DNA of 64,000 nucleotides, from positions 3,416 through 67,415 of the forward strand of contig NZ_CALMZS010000116.1 in NCBI RefSeq assembly GCF_937870815.1. The letters are read 5' to 3'. Positions 43,197-52,457 of the stretch are shown here, piece by piece. The notes beneath the pieces are model-generated. The model was not told where the DNA came from, did not search any database, and worked only from the letters and a program-made list of their open reading frames with translations. A program made the position numbers and the translations under genes. Positions within the stretch are counted from its first letter, which is position 1; each line of letters opens with the position of its first letter. The stretch is from an uncultured Brevundimonas sp. (GTDB taxonomy: Bacteria > Pseudomonadota > Alphaproteobacteria > Caulobacterales > Caulobacteraceae).

Positions 43197-44546
43197 TCAG
43201 GGTCCCGGATCAGGCGCCATCGGCAGCGTGACGATCACTGTCAATCCTCCGCCCGGCGTCTTCTCCAGCGAAATCTCTCCGCCCATCTGCCGGACCAGCG
43301 AACGGGCGATCGACAGGCCGAGGCCGGCGCCGCCGGTTTCCCGGCTTCGCGACGCCTCGCCCCGGGCGAAAGGTTCAAAGGCGTCTCGCTCAAAGGCGTC
43401 CTCGAGGCCCGGCCCATGGTCGACGATCGCGATGGACCAGGCGGTTCCGGCGTCATGCAGCTCCAGATCCGCGCCTCCGCCATACAACAGCGCATTCTCG
43501 AGGAGATTCTCGAGAGCTCTCCGCAAGCCGGCGGGATCAGCCAGCACCAAGGCGGAGTCCGGCATGGCGCCAAGCGTCACCGCCTGTCCGAGGGTGCGCC
43601 GTTCCCGCGCCATGTCCGTGAGGAAGGGCGCAATATCCATCGAGCCGACGGCGGCCGGTCTTTCCTCGCCCTTGGCCGCCAGCAGCACATCGTCCACCAG
43701 CGTCGCCATCAGGGCGATGTCGTGATCGGCGCGGGCCCGCTGCTCGTCATCGGCGATCAGGGCGACGCGCAGCCTCAGGCGGGTGAGAAGGGTCTTCACG
43801 TCGTGGGCGGCGGCGGCCAGCATCCGCATCCGTTCGGCCATCAGCCGGCGGATTTCGGCGCGCATCCGGTTGAAGGCCAGCGCCACCTGCCGGGCCTCGT
43901 CGGGGCCGGTCTCATTCATCGGCGGGGCGTTCAGGTCCGCGGCGAAGCCGTCCGCCGCGTCGGCGATGATCTGCAGCGGCCGGGTCGCCCGGCGTATGGT
44001 GCGCCAGACCAGAAGGGCGGCGATCAGACCCACGATGAAATTCAGGGCCAGCAGGACCGCGATCCGGCCACGCTGTCGCTGTTGCGATCCCGGCGCCACG
44101 ATCAGCCGTTGCCCGTCGGCCAGTTGAACCGAAAAGGCGAAGGCGGGCGCGCGTGGATCCCCGGGCGGTCGCCAGCGGTCCTGTCCGTTTTCGGGAACGA
44201 GGAGCTGGACCGTGCGTCCCTGGAGCGCGGCGCCATAGGCGGAATAGATGGCCGGTCGGACGCCCCGTCGTTCCGCATACCCGGAGGGGGCGCTGGAACT
44301 CAGGAAGAACCGGGTCTGGTCGCCGTTCATGGCGATCAGCAGCAGATCGCGGTCGCGGGCCGGAGTGCGGTCGAGAAGATCGGCCGCCGCGGCGACACGG
44401 GAGGGCAACGGCAACCGCCAGCCGCCGCTGTTCTCGCGCTGGAGATTCATCACACCGACCAGGCCCAGGACCTGGACCAGGGCCAGGATGATCACGACGG
44501 CGAGGGTCAGGCGGGTCGAAAGCGGGAGGCCGGGGCGCCGCGTCAC
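43197..44546 (-). CDS. Sensor histidine kinase (EnvZ/PhoQ-like: 2 TM, HAMP, HisKA, HATPase_c)
   Basis: GTG 44546 overlaps the regulator stop (GTGA). TM1 LTLAVVIILALVQVLGLVGV. HAMP region. H box AAAAHDVKTLLTRL. N/G boxes ENALLYG, DHGPGL and GGAGLGLSIA. Confidence 0.85.
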   Translation of the reverse strand: MTRRPGLPLSTRLTLAVVIILALVQVLGLVGVMNLQRENSGGWRLPLPSRVAAAADLLDRTPARDRDLLLIAMNGDQTRFFLSSSAPSGYAERRGVRPAIYSAYGAALQGRTVQLLVPENGQDRWRPPGDPRAPAFAFSVQLADGQRLIVAPGSQQRQRGRIAVLLALNFIVGLIAALLVWRTIRRATRPLQIIADAADGFAADLNAPPMNETGPDEARQVALAFNRMRAEIRRLMAERMRMLAAAAHDVKTLLTRLRLRVALIADDEQRARADHDIALMATLVDDVLLAAKGEERPAAVGSMDIAPFLTDMARERRTLGQAVTLGAMPDSALVLADPAGLRRALENLLENALLYGGGADLELHDAGTAWSIAIVDHGPGLEDAFERDAFEPFARGEASRSRETGGAGLGLSIARSLVRQMGGEISLEKTPGGGLTVIVTLPMAPDPGP

Positions 44547-45256
44547 GGGAGCGCCTCCACCTCGGGGGTGAACAGATAGCCGGCGTTCCGGACCGTCCGG
44601 ATCAGGCGCGGCTCCCGGGGATCGTCGCCGAGCTTGCGGCGCAGGCGGGAGACCTGGATGTCGATGGACCGGTCGAACACCTCGGCGGCGCGGCCCTTCA
44701 GCATGTCCATCAGGTCGTCCCGGGAGAGGATGGTCCGGGACCGGGCGAGAAAGGCCGCCAGAAGGTCGAACTCCCCGGCGGTCAGCTCGACCGGTTCGCC
44801 GGCCGGATCGGTCAGCGCCCGGGTCGCCAGATCGAGACGCCAGCCAGCGAAGGCCAGCACGCGCGGCGCCTCTCCCGGCCCCGTCCGCTCGCGGCGACGC
44901 AACAGCGCCCGGACCCGCGCGACCAGTTCCCGCGGCTCGAAGGGCTTGCTGAGATAGTCGTCGGCGCCCACTTCCAGCCCCACCACGCGATCCAGCGCCT
45001 CGCCCCGCGCCGAGGCGATCAGGACCGGGACGTGGCTTCGGCTCTGCAATCGCCGGCAGATCGACAGCCCGTCCTCGCCCGGCATCATGATGTCGAGAAT
45101 GACCAGGTCCGGCGCCTGACGTTCGAACAGGGTCCAGAAGGCGGCGGCGTCGGCAGCCGCCTCGCAGCGGAAATCCTCCCGCGCCAGCAGGTCGCAGACC
45201 AGCCTCCGGATCTCCGGATCGTCCTCGACGAGATAGATGAGCGCGCCCTGGGCCAT
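44543..45256 (-). CDS. OmpR-family response regulator
   Basis: Receiver domain (LIYLVEDDPEI...PDLVILDIMMPGEDG...KPF) plus a winged-helix output domain (LTAGEFDLLAAFL...VSRLRRKL...IRTVRNAGYLF). Start at MAQGAL (45256). Confidence 0.9.
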   Translation of the reverse strand: MAQGALIYLVEDDPEIRRLVCDLLAREDFRCEAAADAAAFWTLFERQAPDLVILDIMMPGEDGLSICRRLQSRSHVPVLIASARGEALDRVVGLEVGADDYLSKPFEPRELVARVRALLRRRERTGPGEAPRVLAFAGWRLDLATRALTDPAGEPVELTAGEFDLLAAFLARSRTILSRDDLMDMLKGRAAEVFDRSIDIQVSRLRRKLGDDPREPRLIRTVRNAGYLFTPEVEALP

Positions 45257-45403
45257 GCGCCAGCATTGGCGCAGGACGGGAACGGCGACCAGTGCCGGAT
45301 ACATGCTGTTACGCACTGGCGCCGGGCTGAAAAACCCGTGGCGGGCGGCGGGTGCATGGTGAGGGCGTCCGGTTCAGGCCGGTCCCAACCGAAAGGACAT
45401 CCC

Positions 45404-45931
45404 ATGACCTCCCCCGAAAGAACCTCGAACAGCCTGTCCCGCCGCGCGACCATCGGCGCGGCGGCAGCCGTCCTCGCCCTCGCCGGCGTCGCCGTCACCG
45501 CCGACAGCGCCGACGCCCAGTCCCGCTCCCGGTCGCGCTCGGCCACCTTCAGCGGCCCCAACCACAGCGGCAGCACCAACAGCAGCATCTATCGCAGCCG
45601 CGGCTCGGCCTCGGCGTCCCGCTCGGCGACGATCGACGGCCAGACCTATACCGGCTCGCGCTCGCGCTCGACCGTGGCCACCGACAACGGCTACGCCACC
45701 ACCGCGACCCATACCGGTCCGGCCGGCAACACCCAGACCCGTTCGGGCTCCCTGATCTATGACGAGAACGGTTACAGCCGATCCTCGGGCGTCCAGACCT
45801 CGAACGGCTACGGCTATCAGAGCAATGTCGATGTCGAGCGCGACGAGAATGGCGCCGTGATCACCCGCGGCGTCACGACCAACAGCGGCGCCTCCTCGTC
45901 CTCGACGGTGGTGCGCACCCGTCCCGACTGA
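45404..45931 (+). CDS. Secreted Ser/Thr/Arg-rich hypothetical protein (Tat-like signal)
   Basis: The signal reads SRRATIGAAAAVLALAGVAVTADSADAQ, followed by SRSRSRSATFSGPNHSGSTNSS. The remainder is low-complexity with strong GC3 bias. Confidence 0.5.
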   Translation: MTSPERTSNSLSRRATIGAAAAVLALAGVAVTADSADAQSRSRSRSATFSGPNHSGSTNSSIYRSRGSASASRSATIDGQTYTGSRSRSTVATDNGYATTATHTGPAGNTQTRSGSLIYDENGYSRSSGVQTSNGYGYQSNVDVERDENGAVITRGVTTNSGASSSSTVVRTRPD

Positions 45932-45978
45932 CCCCTTTCGGGCGGCGGCGCGCCCCCCGCTACTGACCGCCCGAAAAA

Positions 45979-46006
45979 GCCCCGGTCGTCCCCCGGCGAC
46001 CGGGGC
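45979..46006 (+). terminator. GC-rich hairpin after the Ser-rich gene
   Basis: GCCCCGGTCG-TCCCCCGG-CGACCGGGGC gives a 10-bp stem, followed by CCCTTTC. A second 10-bp inverted repeat (TTTCGGGCGG / CCGCCCGAAA) spans 45936-45976. Confidence 0.45.
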
Positions 46007-46027
46007 CCCTTTCAAGAGAGAGAATCC

Positions 46028-46462
46028 ATGAAGACACTTTTCACCCTCGCCGCGCTCGGCCTGGCCCTGACCGCGTCGGCGGCCGCCGCCCAGTCCGGGC
46101 CGTCCCTGGTCGAGGCTGCCTTCCAGCGGGCCGACCTCAACAATGACTCGGCCCTGTCCCCTGCGGAGTTCGGCGCCGCCCGCGAAGCCCTGTTCGCCCG
46201 CGCCGACGCCAACGGCGACGGCCGGCTGACGCTGTCGGAAGCGCGCGCGCTGCGATCCGGAGGCGGATCTCTCCGGCGCCCGACCCGCGAGGCGATCCAG
46301 TCCCTCCGCCGCATCGACCGCAACAACGACCGGGCGATCGACATCGGCGAATTCCGCGCCCTGGGCGCCCAGCGCTTCGCCGCCGCCGATCTTGACCGCG
46401 ACGGCTATATCGCGCGCGGAGAGATCGCCGCCTTTGGGCGCTCCATGGGCATGGGCGACTGA
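46028..46462 (+). CDS. Periplasmic EF-hand calcium-binding protein
   Basis: Signal peptide, then four DxDxDG-like loops: DLNNDSALSPAEF, DANGDGRLTLSE, DRNNDRAIDIGEF and DLDRDGYIARGE. Confidence 0.75.
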   Translation: MKTLFTLAALGLALTASAAAAQSGPSLVEAAFQRADLNNDSALSPAEFGAAREALFARADANGDGRLTLSEARALRSGGGSLRRPTREAIQSLRRIDRNNDRAIDIGEFRALGAQRFAAADLDRDGYIARGEIAAFGRSMGMGD

Positions 46463-46464
46463 CG

Positions 46465-47340
46465 ATGCGCGAAGAGCGCGCCCTGCTGTTCCTCGGCGTC
46501 GCGCTGGCGTTCGCCGCCCTTGAGGTCTGGCTGCGTATCCGGTCGGGCCGCGGCTATGATCGGTCGGCCGCGTTGGGAACCCTCGGCGTCGCCGGGGGCC
46601 AGATCGTGACCAACGGGCTGGCGGGCCTCGGGATCGGCGCGATCTATATGGCGGTCTGGTCGGCCACGCCGCTTCGCCAGCCTCTGGACGCAGTCTGGTC
46701 GTGGGGTCTGCTCTTCCTGCTCTCCGAGTTCCTCTACTACTGGCAGCACCGCATGAGCCACGAGGTGCGCTGGCTGTGGGCCAGCCACAGCGTGCACCAT
46801 TCGGCCGAGGAATTGACCCTGCCGGCCGCCTTCCGTCTCGGATGGACCGGATCCATCTCCGGCCTGTGGCTGTTCTTCCTGCCCCTGCCGGCGCTCGGCT
46901 GGCACCCGGCCGCCGTCGCCGCCGTCCTGGCCTTCAACCTGCGCTTCCAGTTCTTTCTCCACAGCGAACTGCCGCCGCGCCTGGGACCGCTGGAATGGAT
47001 CTTCAACACGCCGTCGGCGCACCGCGTCCATCACGCCTCCAACGCCAGCTATCTGGACCGGAACTACGGCGGGGTCCTGATCGTGTTCGATCGCCTGTTC
47101 GGCACCTATGCGCGGGAACGGCCGGAGGAACCCTGCCGCTACGGACTGACAGAGCCGGTCGGCAGCAACAATCCGATCCGGATCGCCTTCCATGAGTGGG
47201 GACGGCTGGTGAGAGATATGGCGAAGGCGGGCGGGTTCGTGCCGGCGATCCGGGTGGCGCTGGGTTATCCGGGGCTTCGCGTGAACCGGCGGCGCGGAGC
47301 GGCGGTCTTCGGCGAGGAACCGTCGCCCCCGGCCGCGTGA
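46465..47340 (+). CDS. Fatty acid hydroxylase / sterol desaturase-family membrane oxygenase
   Basis: The His boxes are YYWQHRMSHE, SHSVHHS and HRVHHAS. Several TM segments are present. Confidence 0.85.
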   Translation: MREERALLFLGVALAFAALEVWLRIRSGRGYDRSAALGTLGVAGGQIVTNGLAGLGIGAIYMAVWSATPLRQPLDAVWSWGLLFLLSEFLYYWQHRMSHEVRWLWASHSVHHSAEELTLPAAFRLGWTGSISGLWLFFLPLPALGWHPAAVAAVLAFNLRFQFFLHSELPPRLGPLEWIFNTPSAHRVHHASNASYLDRNYGGVLIVFDRLFGTYARERPEEPCRYGLTEPVGSNNPIRIAFHEWGRLVRDMAKAGGFVPAIRVALGYPGLRVNRRRGAAVFGEEPSPPAA

Positions 47341-47353
47341 CCATGGCGGCCGG

Positions 47354-47992
47354 TCAGGCGGCGGCCATGTCCGACAGGGCGCTGAAGCGGCGGATGCGGT
47401 ATCTGCGGGCGCCGAGGAATTCGACGAGGCCGGCGGCCTGGAGCCGGCCCAGCATGCGCGAGATGGTCTCGATGGTGAGCCCCAGATAGTCGGCCATGTC
47501 CTGCCGGCTCATCGGCAGGGCGACGATCTCGCCCCGGAAGCGGGCGGCGATGTCGAGCAGGAAGCGGGCGACCCTTTCGCACGCCGTGGCCCGGCCGAGC
47601 AGCAGCATGTGCGACTGGGCGCGCCCCAGTTCGGCGGTGGTGGCCTGCCAGATCACCCGCTCGAGGCGGCCGGTCTCGCAGGCTGTGGAACCGGACCGGC
47701 GGATGGCGAGGACCTCGCAGTCGCCGAGGGCTTCGGCCGAGAAGCGGTGCGTGGCGCCGGTCTCGACCCCGATCACGTCGTTCTCATAGTAGAAGTCGCC
47801 GATCTGGCGCCGTCCGTCGGCGAGCAGATGGCTGGTCCGGACCGCCCCGCGCACGAGGCGGTAGATCAGGTCGGCGGTCTCGTCCTGGGCGTAGATCTCC
47901 TCGCCCTGGCGGAAGCACAGCCGCGCCGCCCCGGCCCATTCCCCGGCCCCCTGAGGGGCGGCGAAGCTCTGTTGCGACAGCAGGGACGTCAT
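47354..47992 (-). CDS. Crp/Fnr-family regulator, FixK-type (no N-terminal Cys cluster)
   Basis: cNMP-like beta-roll and C-terminal HTH MSRQDMADYLGLTIETISRMLGRLQ (E--SR recognition helix). No FNR-type CxxCxxC appears near the N-terminus. Confidence 0.85.
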   Translation of the reverse strand: MTSLLSQQSFAAPQGAGEWAGAARLCFRQGEEIYAQDETADLIYRLVRGAVRTSHLLADGRRQIGDFYYENDVIGVETGATHRFSAEALGDCEVLAIRRSGSTACETGRLERVIWQATTAELGRAQSHMLLLGRATACERVARFLLDIAARFRGEIVALPMSRQDMADYLGLTIETISRMLGRLQAAGLVEFLGARRYRIRRFSALSDMAAA

Positions 47993-48101
47993 GCTGGTCT
48001 CTCCTTGCCTTACCCGACCCGAATAGCCTCGCCTCGGTCCACCCGCAATAGGCGAATCCCCCGCCCGTTGTTATTCGGGAGCACTCCCTAGGCGGCTCTC
48101 C

Positions 48102-50615
48102 CTAAGGGGCCCTACGGAGGCCGCGCGCCGCCGTCGCTCGCGGCGTCCACGACGCGACGGCGGCACCGGCTGACCAGCGCCGAACCACGCCCGTCAAGCC
48201 GCCGGCCAGGACGCCGGCGCCGACCGCAAGCGCCAGCAACGACAAGGCCGGAGCTTCGAATCGGAAGACCCTGGCTACAGCCGGCAGGTACAGGCCCATG
48301 GCGAGAACCGCGCCGAGTCCGGCCGCGATGCCCCAGAACAGGCGGCGCTGCGGGTCGAACAGCCCGATCCCCGCCGAGGCCCCTACGGCCATGGCCAGGG
48401 TCAGGTTGGCGACCGCCAGCGCGACATAGGCGGCGGCGCGCGCGGCGGCCTCCCCGACGCCGGGCAGGAGGCCCAGATAGAGGGCGAGGATTGCGGCGAG
48501 TATGACCAGCCCCGCCGCCAGGCCCGTGACCACTTCCCGCGGGCCGAAAGGCCCCGCCTGGCGGGGTCGCGGGGGTCGCCGCATGGCGTCCGGCTCGCTC
48601 GGTTCGGCCTCGAAGACCAGGGAGCAGACCGGGTCGATGACCAGTTCCAGCAGCACGATGTGAACCGGAAACAGAAGGGGCGGCGCGCCCAAGATGATCG
48701 GCAGCAGGGCCAGGCCGGCGATCGGCACATGGATGGCGGTGATGTACATCAGCGCCCGGCGCAGGTTGGTGAAGATGCGGCGGCCGAGCTTGATCGCGCC
48801 GAGGATCGAGCCGAACCGGTCGTCGAGCAGCACCAGGTCGGCCGCCTCGCGGGCGACGTCGGTTCCACGCCCGCCCATGGCGACGCCGATGTCCGCGGCC
48901 TCCAGCGCGGGAGCGTCGTTGACGCCGTCGCCCGTCATGGCGACGACTTCGCCGTTGGCCTGGAAGGCCCGCACCAGCGCCAGCTTCTGACCGGGCCGCA
49001 CCCGGGCGAAGACCCTGACGGTGCGTAACCGCTCCGCCAGGGTGTCCGCGTGCAGGGTCCCGATCTCGGCCCCGGTCAGCAGCCCGGCCGTCACGTCGAT
49101 GCCGGCGTCGGCGGCGATCCTCAGCGCCGTCTCCGGATAGTCGCCAGTGATCATGGCCACCTTGATGCCCGCTGTTCGCGCCGTCTCCAGGGCCGCAGGC
49201 ACATCGGCTGCCACGGGGTCCAGGAAGCCAACCAAGCCCTTGAAAACGAAGGCGAGCCTCTCCGGCTCATCCGCCGGCGCCGAGTGGACGGCCTCGGCGA
49301 CGGCCAGGACCCTCAGCCCGCCCGTCGCCAGGCGGTCCAGGGCCATGCGCGCGGATCGGGTCTCCGAGGGAGTCATTCGGCAAAGGGCGAACACCGCTTC
49401 GGGCGAGCCCTTGGTCGCGGTGCGGCGGCGATCGCCCGTTCGCCACGTCTGCACGACCGCGAGCCGTTGCGGCGCGAGCGGCCAGACCCGTTCCGGTCGA
49501 TCCCGCGGCGGCGGCTGGAGCGCCGCCAGGGCGACGTCCATGGGATCGGACGGCTGCGGGTTGCTGGCGCGGACGGCGGTCTCGAGCACGGCCCGCACCG
49601 GGGGAGCCAGATCACCGTCGCCGGGCGATGCTTCCCCCTGCGGGGACCAGAGCGTCGCGACGGTCATGCGGTTCTCCGTCAGGGTGCCGGTCTTGTCGAC
49701 GCAGAGCAGGGTGGCGCCGCCGAGCGCCTCGATCGCGGCGGGACGGCGCACCAGGACCCGGCGCCGGGCCAGGCGCCAGGCGCCCAGGGCGAAGAAGACC
49801 GAGAGGACGACCGGGAATTCCTCCGGGATCAGGGCGATGGCGATGGTGATTCCGGCCAGGGCGCCTTCAATCCACAGGCCCCTCAGAACCCCGTAGGCGA
49901 GGGCGAGGACGACCGCGAAGGCCAGCGCCGAGGCCCCGATCCAGGCGACGATCCGGCCCGTGAAATTCTGGAGCGGCGTCCGACCGGGCTCGATCGACGA
50001 CAACGAGCCCCCGATGCGGCCGAGGGCCGTCCTGGGCCCTGTCGCGCTGACCCGCAGGACTCCCTGACCCGCGACCGCGAGGGTTCCGGCCAGGACCCGG
50101 CCGGACACGGCCGACGCCCCCGCCGCGCCGCTGCGGATCACAGGCACGGACTCCCCGGTCAAGGCCGACTCGTCGATCTGCAGCACTTCCGGCCCGATCA
50201 GGATTCCGTCGGCCGGGACGCGTTGCCCCTCGGCCAGGAGAACGATGTCCCCGCGCACCACCCCGCGGGCCGGGATCACCTGCGCCCGGCCGTCGCGGAC
50301 CACCTGAACCGTGGGATCCGCGAGGCGCCGAAGCGCCCTCAGCGCGGCCTCGCTCCGCGCCTCCTGGGCCACCACCAGGCCGATGGTGGCGAGACCGGCC
50401 GCGGCGAGAAGCAGGCCTTCAGCGCGGTCTCCCAAGGCCAGATACAGGCCCGAGGCGGCCGCGAGCAGCAGGAACATCGGTTCCCGCAGGGCCGCAAGGG
50501 CGATGGTCGTCACGGGGCGGGTCGAATCGGAGGACAGCAGATTCGGACCTTCCGCCGCCAGCCGTCGCGCCGCCTCGGCCGCTTCGAGCCCCTGGAACGA
50601 GGAATCCGGATGCAT
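48102..50615 (-). CDS. Cation-transporting P-type ATPase (P2/P3-like)
   Basis: CVDKTGTLTEN (phosphorylation site), MITGDYPETA and GDGVNDAPAL. SD GGAGGGG before the ATG at 50615. The ORF-track N-terminal extension is Arg/Pro junk. Confidence 0.9.
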   Translation of the reverse strand: MHPDSSFQGLEAAEAARRLAAEGPNLLSSDSTRPVTTIALAALREPMFLLLAAASGLYLALGDRAEGLLLAAAGLATIGLVVAQEARSEAALRALRRLADPTVQVVRDGRAQVIPARGVVRGDIVLLAEGQRVPADGILIGPEVLQIDESALTGESVPVIRSGAAGASAVSGRVLAGTLAVAGQGVLRVSATGPRTALGRIGGSLSSIEPGRTPLQNFTGRIVAWIGASALAFAVVLALAYGVLRGLWIEGALAGITIAIALIPEEFPVVLSVFFALGAWRLARRRVLVRRPAAIEALGGATLLCVDKTGTLTENRMTVATLWSPQGEASPGDGDLAPPVRAVLETAVRASNPQPSDPMDVALAALQPPPRDRPERVWPLAPQRLAVVQTWRTGDRRRTATKGSPEAVFALCRMTPSETRSARMALDRLATGGLRVLAVAEAVHSAPADEPERLAFVFKGLVGFLDPVAADVPAALETARTAGIKVAMITGDYPETALRIAADAGIDVTAGLLTGAEIGTLHADTLAERLRTVRVFARVRPGQKLALVRAFQANGEVVAMTGDGVNDAPALEAADIGVAMGGRGTDVAREAADLVLLDDRFGSILGAIKLGRRIFTNLRRALMYITAIHVPIAGLALLPIILGAPPLLFPVHIVLLELVIDPVCSLVFEAEPSEPDAMRRPPRPRQAGPFGPREVVTGLAAGLVILAAILALYLGLLPGVGEAAARAAAYVALAVANLTLAMAVGASAGIGLFDPQRRLFWGIAAGLGAVLAMGLYLPAVARVFRFEAPALSLLALAVGAGVLAGGLTGVVRRWSAGAAVASWTPRATAARGLRRAP

Positions 50616-50687
50616 GGCCCCTCCGCTTGCACCCGGCTGGCGCGGGGGCGACCTCTTGAAGCTTGGGTCCGCCGGGCGGCGGAGGCC

Positions 50688-50701
50688 TTGACGGGGGCCA
50701 A
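50688..50701. promoter_or_regulatory. Imperfect FixK/FNR box TTGACGGGGGCCAA
   Basis: One mismatch in the right arm (CCAA versus TCAA), with the same CC/GG flanks as the other boxes. Box centre is 79.5 nt from the ATPase ATG. Confidence 0.35.
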
Positions 50702-50819
50702 GGCGGCCGCATGACGGGCCCGCAGTGGCTGCAGAACGTACACGCATAAATCGGCGTTGCGGCGCCGTTCCGAGTCGACCGGCGCCGGCGACCAGACGGC
50801 GAAGGGGCTGTGACTTCGA

Positions 50820-51386
50820 TCACCGAGGGGCGGACTCCGGCGCGGCTGTTCGGCTGAACATCACGAGCGCCAGGCCGCTGCTGATCAGGGCCAGCCCCAC
50901 CAGAGGCCCCCACCCGGGCGCCGTGTCGTCCAGGGCTCCGCCGGAAACAGCGATCACCGCCACGGCCGAGGCCAGGGCGGACGCGAACAGCCACCTCCAG
51001 GCCCCTGCCGGCCGGAGGTCCAGGGCCAGCGCCAGCTGGATGCCGCCGTCCATCACCAGGGTCGAGATCGCCAGAATGGTGATGGCCGCCGTTCCGGTCC
51101 GGGGGCTGTAGAAGAGGAAGGCGCCCGAGGCCGCCGCGACCGCGCCGGCGATCAACAACCCCCTGAGCGGACGCCCGGCCAGCAGCAAGAGCAGCCAGGC
51201 GGACAGGATGGTCATGCCGGCGAACCAGAGCAGCCAGCCCGACGTCCCGCCGAGCGTGGGGCCGGCCGGCTCCGGCGCCGCGACCACGACGGCGCCGGCC
51301 AGTATGAGGGCCAGCGCCGCCAGGACGACGGGCCGGGGGTGCACGCGCAGGTCGCTGGACCATCGCGGCAGGGCACGTGTCGTCAT
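50820..51386 (-). CDS. DUF308/HdeD-like integral membrane protein
   Basis: About 6 TM segments rich in G/A/L. A strong SD (GAGGAGG) precedes the ATG at 51386 (MTTRALPRW). The ORF-track start at 51422 lacks one. Confidence 0.6.
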   Translation of the reverse strand: MTTRALPRWSSDLRVHPRPVVLAALALILAGAVVVAAPEPAGPTLGGTSGWLLWFAGMTILSAWLLLLLAGRPLRGLLIAGAVAAASGAFLFYSPRTGTAAITILAISTLVMDGGIQLALALDLRPAGAWRWLFASALASAVAVIAVSGGALDDTAPGWGPLVGLALISSGLALVMFSRTAAPESAPR

Positions 51387-51442
51387 CCTCGCCTCCTCGA
51401 CAGAATTCAATTCACTGATCACTCTCTGGGCGAAGGCCCGCC

Positions 51443-51456
51443 TTGACGTCGATCAA
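51443..51456. promoter_or_regulatory. FixK/FNR box TTGACGTCGATCAA
   Basis: TTGA-N6-TCAA with CC/GG flanks. Box centre is 63.5 nt from the DUF308 ATG (51386). Confidence 0.55.
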
Positions 51457-51542
51457 GGCGGGAAGCGGATCTTCTGAGTTTCTGGCCGGGCGCCGTTTCA
51501 CGGCGCGCAACCTTGGCAGGAGTGAAAGTTCGCGCGGCGGCC

Positions 51543-51556
51543 TTGATCCGCATCAA
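51543..51556. promoter_or_regulatory. FixK/FNR box TTGATCCGCATCAA
   Basis: Perfect TTGAT-N4-ATCAA with CC/GG flanks. It is exactly 100 bp from the previous box. Box centre is 56.5 nt from the USP ATG (51606). Confidence 0.55.
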
Positions 51557-51605
51557 GGCGCGCCGCGCGGGCGGAGCCTTTCCTGAGTCCGCACAGGAGG
51601 ACGCC

Positions 51606-52457
51606 ATGACGCGCCCAAACCCACTCAGCAGCATGGTCACCGTGGCCGACGGGAGCGAGGCCGCCGTCCGGCGCAACCGGATCGCGGCCGAGCTGGCGGC
51701 CAGGTTCGACGCCCGTCTCACCGGAGCGTTTCCTCGTCCCCCGCTTCCCGTCTCGGTCTGGGACGAGCCGGTCTATTGGGGCCTGCCCCCGACGCTGCCG
51801 CCGGCCGTGCCGCCGGAAATCATGGCCGATCACGAGCGCCGCACGGACGCCCGGGCCGAGGAGGCGCGCCTGGCCTTCGAGGCGGCGGCCGCGGCGGCCG
51901 GATGCCGCTCGGACTGGCTGGTGCTGCCGGCTGACGGCGGGGCCGGCTTCATCGATCTGGCCAGACGCACGGACCTGACCGTGCTGCCGTCCGGCCGTCT
52001 GCCGACCGTCGGCCCGGACGCGGTCGACATCGCCCTCGCCGCCGGCGGTCCGGCCCTCATCCTGCCCGGGCAGGACGGGGCGTCCGCGCCCGGCCGCCGG
52101 ATCATCGTGGCCTGGAACGGCGGCCGGGAGGCGGCGCGGGCGGTGCGCGACGCATGGCCGCTGCTGTCGGCGGCCGAGGCCGTTCATGTGGTCATCGTCA
52201 CGCCCGCGCCCGTGGACGGGCCCGACAGCCGGCTGCAACGCTATTTCGAGGAGCATGGCTGCACCGCCCGGGTGGTGGTGGTCCGCGAGGCCGATGCGGG
52301 GGCGGCGGAGGTCCTGCGCGACCAGGTCGGCGCGCTCGAGGCCGACCTTGTGGTGATGGGGCTGTACGGCCGTTCGCGGCTACGCGAGACGGTCATGGGC
52401 GGCGTCAGCCGCGACCTGCTCCGCGATCCGCCGGTCCCGTTGCTGGTGTCGCACTGA
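51606..52457 (+). CDS. Tandem-domain universal stress protein (UspA family)
   Basis: SD AGGAGGA before the ATG. The C-terminal motif is LVVMGLYGRSRLRETVMGGVSRDLL. Confidence 0.8.
   Translation: MTRPNPLSSMVTVADGSEAAVRRNRIAAELAARFDARLTGAFPRPPLPVSVWDEPVYWGLPPTLPPAVPPEIMADHERRTDARAEEARLAFEAAAAAAGCRSDWLVLPADGGAGFIDLARRTDLTVLPSGRLPTVGPDAVDIALAAGGPALILPGQDGASAPGRRIIVAWNGGREAARAVRDAWPLLSAAEAVHVVIVTPAPVDGPDSRLQRYFEEHGCTARVVVVREADAGAAEVLRDQVGALEADLVVMGLYGRSRLRETVMGGVSRDLLRDPPVPLLVSH

Noticed and set aside
43197-45266. A single 689-aa ORF covering both the kinase and the regulator region
   Set aside because: The N-terminal roughly 240 residues are an out-of-frame read-through of the response-regulator gene (Arg/Gly/Pro junk). 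The kinase starts at GTG 44546, which overlaps the regulator stop.
49050-50714. 554-aa plus-strand ORF. The same reasoning applies to 54011..55939, 35729..37246 (minus), 34638..35711 (minus), 57652..59205 (minus), 59547..60737 (minus) and 20026..21033 (plus).
   Set aside because: All are antisense shadows of genes with strong family signatures (P-type ATPase, GH3, sulfotransferase/hydroxylase, BamB, Der, SNF2). None shows a motif of its own.
52405-52457. The 53-nt convergent overlap of the sodC and USP 3' ends as a regulatory antisense arrangement
   Set aside because: The sodC tail beyond the conserved ...DRIACGV motif is non-conserved Ala/Gly/Pro sequence. The overlap may simply reflect a late stop codon in GC-rich DNA, and nothing in the sequence indicates a function.
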